From Thermodesulfovibrionia bacterium (lineage in GTDB: Bacteria; Nitrospirota; Thermodesulfovibrionia; UBA6902), in the NCBI GenBank assembly GCA_947259645.1, contig CAMYND010000002.1, positions 2,544 to 66,543 of the forward strand: a DNA stretch of 64,000 bases. The letters run 5' to 3'. The number at the start of each line of letters is the position of its first letter. The first letter of the stretch is position 1. The position numbers were made by a program, and so were the translations under genes. This document shows, in pieces, positions 58,801 to 64,000 of the stretch. The notes beneath the pieces were generated by a model. It was not told the origin of the DNA. It saw only the letters and a list, made by a program, of their open reading frames with translations, and searched no databases.

Positions 58801-59136
58801 GCTGAAAAGAGAACTGTTTTTTCCCCCGCTTTTCAGGAATATATTAATTGACTTTTCAAAGTCTCTCTTGAAAGCGGCTTGAACTCCCTCAAAGGGGATT
58901 TCCCCATGATGGGGGAACTCATTCCCTTTGTCTAGATAGAATCGGTAAACCACAAAGAGAAAAAGAGATGCCCTCACCTTGTGATAAAGATTCGTGCTCG
59001 ATTTACGAAATGCCTCCAGTTCGTCCGCGTACTTCAGCAGTTCACCACTTTTCTTATCGCTTAACAGGGAGTCAATAGAACGGTGTCGACTCGAATCCTC
59101 TTTGCTCGTAATCGTTTCAATCAGAATGTTGGACAT
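55873..59136 (-). CDS. GHMP sugar kinase / UDP-sugar pyrophosphorylase fusion
   Basis: PVRLD, IPKGSRLAVS, GGGWQD and GGMSGGG (kinase); GGMGSRW, PLGHW, HNIDT and QFEKL (UDPGP family). Confidence 0.8.
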   Translation of the reverse strand: MSNILIETITSKEDSSRHRSIDSLLSDKKSGELLKYADELEAFRKSSTNLYHKVRASLFLFVVYRFYLDKGNEFPHHGEIPFEGVQAAFKRDFEKSINIFLKSGGKNSSLFSAIADSYHKLAFDYLLAQVKLSISQCDENHDLYAFSSLDDYPFRAPPLLTTQDSDTGLYPVGFDASPVRLDPSHSGWSDIFFLGMDFPEGARVVNLSVNLKVHGSEGPLLPPSECYCRFIREPIIRLTSIDLHISKDISDVKELFSFGNDHLSLLKAGVVASGIIPPSYEKLDIHLNNILHKLLGKPGGIEIVTRVNSIPKGSRLAVSTTLLATIITRLMRFSGQINKQTGLLTNRDRRIVASRAILGEWLGGSGGGWQDSGGLWPGIKLITGVPAHEGQPEYTISRGCLLPEHRIFSGEELSKEAENNIHNSLVLIHGGISQNVGPVLEMVTEKYLLKYEKEWRARKRGIELYDKIVSALKSGNMKELGRLTTMDWEEALQPVIPWINNAFTQELIERIESEFPHQYWGFLMLGGMSGGGMAFIVDPSAKEPVMKRIGEIMLELKAKYGSSFPFIIDPILYDFEINHEGITAHLYFGKDALLPEMPGNDVTSEAALSGAKKGEEEIKAKYGFDADSHDYMKSLLKKGEIGLAQNRLSADSVIEDVLYDDLFHLEQITGSPQPPSAKEYQSDGPSRDISLDDCFRTGEISLKANETAVVSFSGGMGSRWSGGSAVVKSINPFVRIQGKYRSFIETHLAKTIKTGTQYNNRVQHVFTTSYLTHEAVARYLESFDYFGYKKQIYLSPSQSIGHRVYPMERDLNFLWEEQLQQQLADNVQRVQDDSHRALIDWAKSKGEGDDYSENKPILRFNPLGHWYEIPNLIKNNTLAQLIIDNPGLKYLLCHNIDTMGVWLDPTLLGLHIIRKPCLTFEVTPRRIEDAGGGLCRLQGHVQLIEGMALPREEDEYRLSYYNTLTNWITIDSLLAYIGLDRDILLKACGNPELERIVSDAILRLEKKIPTYVTIKNVNYIWGKGQEDLFPVAQFEKLWGDMTSLRDLKVEYAAVSRYRGQQLKEPALLDFWANDGSLDYVKDTCIFR

Positions 59137-59188
59137 GGGCAGGGTAATATTTTAACATATACCCTATTGGATGATATTGAGGGGTAAT

Positions 59189-59635
59189 ATGAGAGTCTTG
59201 ATTCAAAGAGTAACAAAGGCGAGTGTATTCATAGAAGGCAGGGAGAAGGCCTCAATCGGAAAAGGAATGCTTCTTTTTGTGGGAATAGGCAAAGGCGACA
59301 CTACTGAAGATATCGAATATACATCAAAGAAGATCTCCCGATTACGAATATTTGAAGATATGAACAGTAAAATGAACTTGAGCATTACTCAGGCTGGAGG
59401 ACAGGTTCTCAGTGTTTCCCAGTTTACCCTTTATGCTGATACCAGAAAGGGTAATCGACCCGGTTTCGATCACTCAGCAGGCCCGGAAACAGCAAGAGAT
59501 CTCTGGCTTCTCTTGAACAGTTCCTTAAGAGATAACGGGATAGAAGTAAAAGAAGGCGTATTTGCCGCGCATATGAATGTAGATCTGGTCAATAACGGTC
59601 CGGTGACGATAATGATCGATTCGAAAAACAGGTGA
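59189..59635 (+). CDS. dtd: D-aminoacyl-tRNA deacylase
   Basis: MRVLIQRV, SQFTL, KGNRP, NGPVT. Confidence 0.95.
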   Translation: MRVLIQRVTKASVFIEGREKASIGKGMLLFVGIGKGDTTEDIEYTSKKISRLRIFEDMNSKMNLSITQAGGQVLSVSQFTLYADTRKGNRPGFDHSAGPETARDLWLLLNSSLRDNGIEVKEGVFAAHMNVDLVNNGPVTIMIDSKNR

Positions 59636-59794
59636 TTCATGCTGAGAGGAACAGGCCCGCGGCTTAAGACCAAGGTTTTCCCCTGATGTCTTCAAAGCAA
59701 ATTGAATTAAATATAGTTATAAAGTGATAAAAGAGGCGGAATAGCCTGCTTATTATCGTATAGTTAATGTATCTAAGGCATAAACGGAGTTATC

Positions 59795-61666
59795 GTGGAC
59801 AAAAGCAAAAAAACCAAAAAAGAGCTGATACATGAGTTGAAAGAAATGAGGCATATCATTTCAGAAATGGAGAGTAATTACAGTCGTGCTGATCACCTGA
59901 TTTTACAGTCAGTCTACAGTTGGGAAGATACCTTTGACACGATAACAGATATGATCACCATCCATGATAAAGATTTTAATATTGTTCATGCAAATAAGGC
60001 AGCAGAAGAAATACTCGGGCTCCCCTTTCTTGAAACGTCAAAGGCGAAATGTTATGAACACTATCATGGTGAAAGCTCTCCTCCGTCCGGATGCCCGAGC
60101 TGCAAGTGTCTTGTGTCGGGGAAACCGGTCCAGTTTGAAAAGTTCGAACCTCACCTGAACAAATTTCTTGAAATAAGGGCGATGCCCCAGTTCGACAGTG
60201 ACAAGCAGGTAATCGGTGTTATTCATATTGTCAGGGACATCACTGAACGCAAGCAGATGGAGGAGGAACTGCAGAAAGCCCATGATGAGCTGGAGATGCG
60301 TGTGAAGGAGAGAACAGCAGAGCTTGTCGAGGCCAATAAAGAGATGTTTAATGAGATTTCCGAGCGGAAGAAGATCGAAAACGCACTGAGAGACAGCGAA
60401 AGTAAATTCAAGGGACTGTCCCAGGAATTTACGGTGCTCTTGAATGCGATCCCGGACAATCTCATACTTCTTTCTCCTGACATGAAAATTAAATGGGCAA
60501 ATAAAGCCACTGCAGCTTCCTTTGGCAGAGATATATCTGAGCTTACCGGGGAAACCTATTTCAGTTTGTATGACAGTGCCCACGGCTCAGAGAGGGATTA
60601 TCCATCGGCAATATGTTTTCGCACCGGAAAGGAAGAAAACTCACGCATCACCGGCACTGACGGCCGGTTGTGGGATGTGCGGGCTTTTCCCCTGCGCGAT
60701 GAGTCCGGAAACGTGAAGAATGTTATGGTGCTGGCACGAGATATTACTGCCAAGGTACGCATGCAGGAGGAGTCAAAGCAAATACAGGCCAAGTTAATTC
60801 ATGCGAATAAGATGACATCAATCGGGACCCTTGTTTCGGGCGTTGCCCATGAAATCAACAATCCCAATACCTTTATTAAATCCAATGCCCAGCTCTTTGC
60901 AAAAATCTGGAAAGATGTAGGTCCACTCATAAATAAATTTGCCAGGGAGAATGGTGACTTTCTTCTGGGAGGGCTTCCCGCTTCCGAGGTTGTTAAGATT
61001 GCACCGGAGGTCATAAAGGGAATTGATGAGGGGTCCATAAGAATTCAGCATATCGTCGACAACCTCAGGGATTTCGCGAGGCCTGAAAAAGGAGGTCTCA
61101 ATGGAAGGGTCGATGTAAATGAAGTGATTGTCGCATCACAGTCAATACTGGGGAATCAAATCAAGAAGTTTACAGACAAGTTTCAACTGATCTGCGGGAA
61201 AAATATCCCTTCGGTAAAGGGGAGCTCTCAGCAGATAGAGCAGGTAATCATTAACCTGATCATGAACTCCCTCCAGGCCCTTAAGGACAATAATTCTGCG
61301 GTTCGGGTTATGACTTCCTATAACCGGGCGACAAGATCAGTCATTATAAAAGTAAAAGACGAAGGGATCGGGATGGACAGGGATACTCTCGAAAGAATTA
61401 CAGAACCTTTTTTTACAACCAAACTTGAAGCAGGAGGCACCGGCCTGGGTCTCTCGATTTCCTATGCGATTATTAAGGACCATAAGGGTTCTCTGGAATT
61501 CAAATCAAAGTCCGGACATGGCACAACAGCTATCTTAACCCTCCCGGCAATGATTAAGGAAAAATTAAAGGACAACGTAAAGAGCCCGACTGAAAGTGAT
61601 CACAGTCTGATACAGGGGTCGAAAGATAATCTCAGGGCAGGAGCCGTTAAGGGAACAGAACGATGA
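59795..61666 (+). CDS. Cytoplasmic PAS-PAS histidine kinase (NtrB-like)
   Basis: SGVAHEINNP H-box, QVIINLIMN, DEGIG, PFFTTK, GTGLGL. Confidence 0.92.
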   Translation: MDKSKKTKKELIHELKEMRHIISEMESNYSRADHLILQSVYSWEDTFDTITDMITIHDKDFNIVHANKAAEEILGLPFLETSKAKCYEHYHGESSPPSGCPSCKCLVSGKPVQFEKFEPHLNKFLEIRAMPQFDSDKQVIGVIHIVRDITERKQMEEELQKAHDELEMRVKERTAELVEANKEMFNEISERKKIENALRDSESKFKGLSQEFTVLLNAIPDNLILLSPDMKIKWANKATAASFGRDISELTGETYFSLYDSAHGSERDYPSAICFRTGKEENSRITGTDGRLWDVRAFPLRDESGNVKNVMVLARDITAKVRMQEESKQIQAKLIHANKMTSIGTLVSGVAHEINNPNTFIKSNAQLFAKIWKDVGPLINKFARENGDFLLGGLPASEVVKIAPEVIKGIDEGSIRIQHIVDNLRDFARPEKGGLNGRVDVNEVIVASQSILGNQIKKFTDKFQLICGKNIPSVKGSSQQIEQVIINLIMNSLQALKDNNSAVRVMTSYNRATRSVIIKVKDEGIGMDRDTLERITEPFFTTKLEAGGTGLGLSISYAIIKDHKGSLEFKSKSGHGTTAILTLPAMIKEKLKDNVKSPTESDHSLIQGSKDNLRAGAVKGTER

Positions 61667-62921
61667 GCAACTCCACAACGCCGGCGATACTATTGATCGA
61701 TGATGAAAAGCATATCCTCTTCAGTTACAACCTCATATTAAAGAGCGCGGGAATGGAGCATGTTATGACTCTTAAGGACAGCAGGCAGGTCATGCCTCTT
61801 CTCGCAAAAAAGAATATAGCTGTGGTTGTCCTCGATCTGGTAATGCCCTATCTGTCCGGCATAGAGCTCCTGAATAAAATCACAATTGAATAGAGATAAC
61901 ATCTCTGAAAAAGCACCTCCTTACGGGAGAGCTGGAAAATGAGGCTGTTTTTTCATCGATTATTACGAGAAGCAAGAGGATGCGGGCGATTTTTCAATAC
62001 ATCGAGTCTGTGGCAAGATCACAGAAACCTGTTTTTATAACAGGTGAAACCGGTGTTGGAAAAGAGTTGATCGCGAAGTCGGTTCATGATTCCAGTGGAT
62101 TGTCAGGAGAATACGTAGCGGTCAATGTTGCCGGGCTTGATGACACAATGTTTTCTGACACACTCTTCGGACACAAGAAGGCGGCCTTTACCGGCGCGGA
62201 CAGGGAAAGACAGGGGCTGATTGTGAGGGCAGCGGAAGGTACGCTGCTCCTTGATGAGATAGGAGATTTAAGCAAGTCATCCCAGGTCAAGCTGCTCCGG
62301 TTGCTTGAAGAAAAGATCTACTATCCCCTCGGTTCAGACGTGCCTGAGAAAAGCAATGCGAGAATTGTAGCTTGCTCGAACGTAGACATCCAAGAAGAGA
62401 TAAAGGAGGGAAATTTTCGTAATGACCTCTATTATCGTCTCTGCGCCCATCATATTCAGATACCGCCTCTTCGGGAGAGGCTTCAGGACATTCCGATCCT
62501 GCTTGATCATTTTCTTGAAGACGCCTCAACAGAAATGGGTAAGAAAAAGCTCCCCCTGTCACCTGAACTTGTGACACTCCTTTCTAATTACCACTTTCCC
62601 GGAAATATTCGTGAACTTCAGGCAATGGTTCATGACGCGGTAGCGCAGCACAAATCAGGACGCCTCTCTTTAGACAGTTTTAAGGGATTCATAAAAGAGA
62701 GGAAGTCAGTTATTACCCACGACCTTGCCCCTCAAGGTGACTCTGTCCTGTCAGTAAGAGAGATATTCGGACATTTCCCAACATTAAAAGAGATGGAAGA
62801 CTTTCTTATATCTGAAGCGATGAGAGGTTCCGATGACAACCAGGGCAGTGCCGCATCACTTCTGGGTATTACCCGACAGGCCCTGAATCAAAGGCTGAAG
62901 AAAAAGAATAAGAATTCATAA
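61663..62921 (+). pseudogene. NtrC-like sigma54 response regulator broken by an internal deletion/frameshift
   Basis: Receiver stops at TAG 61891-61893. Another frame starting at 61893 (EITSLKKHLLTGELENE..) runs into the AAA domain (GETGVGKE, AAFTGA, DEIG) and Fis HTH. Confidence 0.8.
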
Positions 62922-63182
62922 TGCAGATGGCATTATCTATTCATGCAGCCGCATTATTTCTCTGACTGTCCGTCATCCTTTTTTTTATTCTGTTCTGATG
63001 TTACCTTTTCGTTGTGCTGATCATTGTTATCAATAATGATCCTTGACCATTCTTCCATATCACTCATCTGTCAGACTCCCTGTTATGCGTAGTTCTTTAC
63101 TTCGGTCGGACAGGACAATACCTTAAAGAGAAATGTCATACGTCTAAACGATATAGTTATTTCCTGCGCTTTCTGATCAGCC

Positions 63183-63216
63183 TGCAAGAAATCTTGCACG
63201 CGCAATAATTCTTGCA
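63183..63216. promoter_or_regulatory. Tandem palindromic enhancer (putative bEBP UAS)
   Basis: TGCAAGAAATCTTGCA (63183-63198) and CGCAATAATTCTTGCA (63201-63216). Confidence 0.6.
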
Positions 63217-63361
63217 GGAAAATTAAAGAGAAAAAATAGTCACTTGGGCTTATTTGTAAAATATGGTAAAGATTCATTGCTTAAAAAGGCTATCTCTAAA
63301 GAAACTCAAATATAGCCCTATCTGACTGAAATATATAGTCAATTATTACCAACATGCCTGA

Positions 63362-63377
63362 TGGCATACCCTTTGCA
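63362..63377 (+). promoter_or_regulatory. sigma54 -24/-12 promoter
   Basis: TGGCAT-ACCCT-TTGCA, 65 nt upstream of the macro ATG. Confidence 0.75.
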
Positions 63378-63442
63378 TTATTCAGTCTATCTTTTAAAGA
63401 TCAAAAAAATTATAGAGTCACATCGGAACAGCAGCAAATTTC

Positions 63443-63985
63443 ATGTCAGAAAAAAAACAGATCAACAACAGCACGCTGGGCGTGATCAAGGCAGATATTA
63501 CTGCTACTGAAATCGATGCATTTGTCTTTTATGCGCGCAATGATCTCAAACTCGGGTCAGGATTCGGCAATGCCATAGCGCTCAGAGGCGGGCCGTCCAT
63601 CAGGAAAGAGCTTGAAAACCTTGGACCTCTGAATGTAACAGAGGTAGTCGTAACAACTGCCGGTACAATGAAGGCAAAAAACATTATTCATGCATGCGGA
63701 CCAAAGTTTCAGGAAGAGAACATTGAAGAGAAATTAAAGACAACTATCCAGAATGTTTTGAAGGCGGCAGAAGCCAACGGTATTGAAAGCATCGCCTTTC
63801 CTCCTATGGGAGCGGGATTTTATGGTGTTCCGATTGATCTAAGTGCAAAAATCACCATCGACAGCATCGCTGACTACCTGGCAAAGGGTTCAGAGATTAA
63901 AGATGTAGTTGTTTGTGGAAATGATACAAGAGAGTACAAGGCTCTCGTACCAAAACTTCAGGATCTGAACAAAAAAGCAGCTTAA
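63443..63985 (+). CDS. Macrodomain (Appr-1-p-like) protein, divergent active site
   Basis: ADIT, IIHACGP, SIAFPPMGAGFYG; FYAR and GSGF where MacroD has NAAN and GGGV. Confidence 0.88.
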   Translation: MSEKKQINNSTLGVIKADITATEIDAFVFYARNDLKLGSGFGNAIALRGGPSIRKELENLGPLNVTEVVVTTAGTMKAKNIIHACGPKFQEENIEEKLKTTIQNVLKAAEANGIESIAFPPMGAGFYGVPIDLSAKITIDSIADYLAKGSEIKDVVVCGNDTREYKALVPKLQDLNKKAA

Positions 63986-64000
63986 TACTTAAATAAGAAA

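Noticed and set aside
2249-62577. Numerous 60-190 aa ORFs nested in or antisense to assigned genes
   Set aside because: These are shadow ORFs of well-supported genes, with no independent motifs or RBS.
63083-63277. 64-aa minus-strand ORF
   Set aside because: It overlies the enhancer region, has a TTG start and shows no protein-like features.
1-64000. tRNA, rRNA, known riboswitches, IS/integrase, reverse transcriptase
   Set aside because: None recognised by eye in intergenic regions or ORFs; an Infernal/tRNAscan run would be needed to exclude small RNAs.

Overview
64-kb chromosomal segment of roughly 45% GC from an anaerobic diderm bacterium. Gene content and style suggest Nitrospirota (Thermodesulfovibrionia-like) or Desulfobacterota; this is inference only. 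Housekeeping genes (greB, yciH/SUI1, rplI-dnaB, mutS2, surE-pcm-ilvE, mutS, ftsH, suhB, dtd) are interleaved with signalling and redox modules. No rRNA, tRNA, CRISPR array, transposase or phage gene was recognised. Main points: (1) a cyclase-free cyclic-nucleotide cluster directly behind a minimal mlaEFD, comprising CRP, a large RNase Z-like MBL hydrolase, a stand-alone cNMP-binding protein and a class II PDE with an HxYLDH variant; (2) an overlapping operon of a ~15-heme cytochrome, a CxxC-less redoxin-TPR protein and an 8-heme cytochrome; (3) a 1087-aa GHMP kinase/UDP-sugar pyrophosphorylase fusion; (4) two small genes missing from the ORF track, each with promoter and RBS (a 52-aa basic Cys-rich protein and a 25-aa hydrophobic peptide next to a CRP-like box); (5) several apparently leaderless genes; (6) an internally deleted sigma54 response regulator next to an intact enhancer and sigma54 promoter driving a divergent macrodomain gene; (7) a heptamer-periodic inverted-repeat element.
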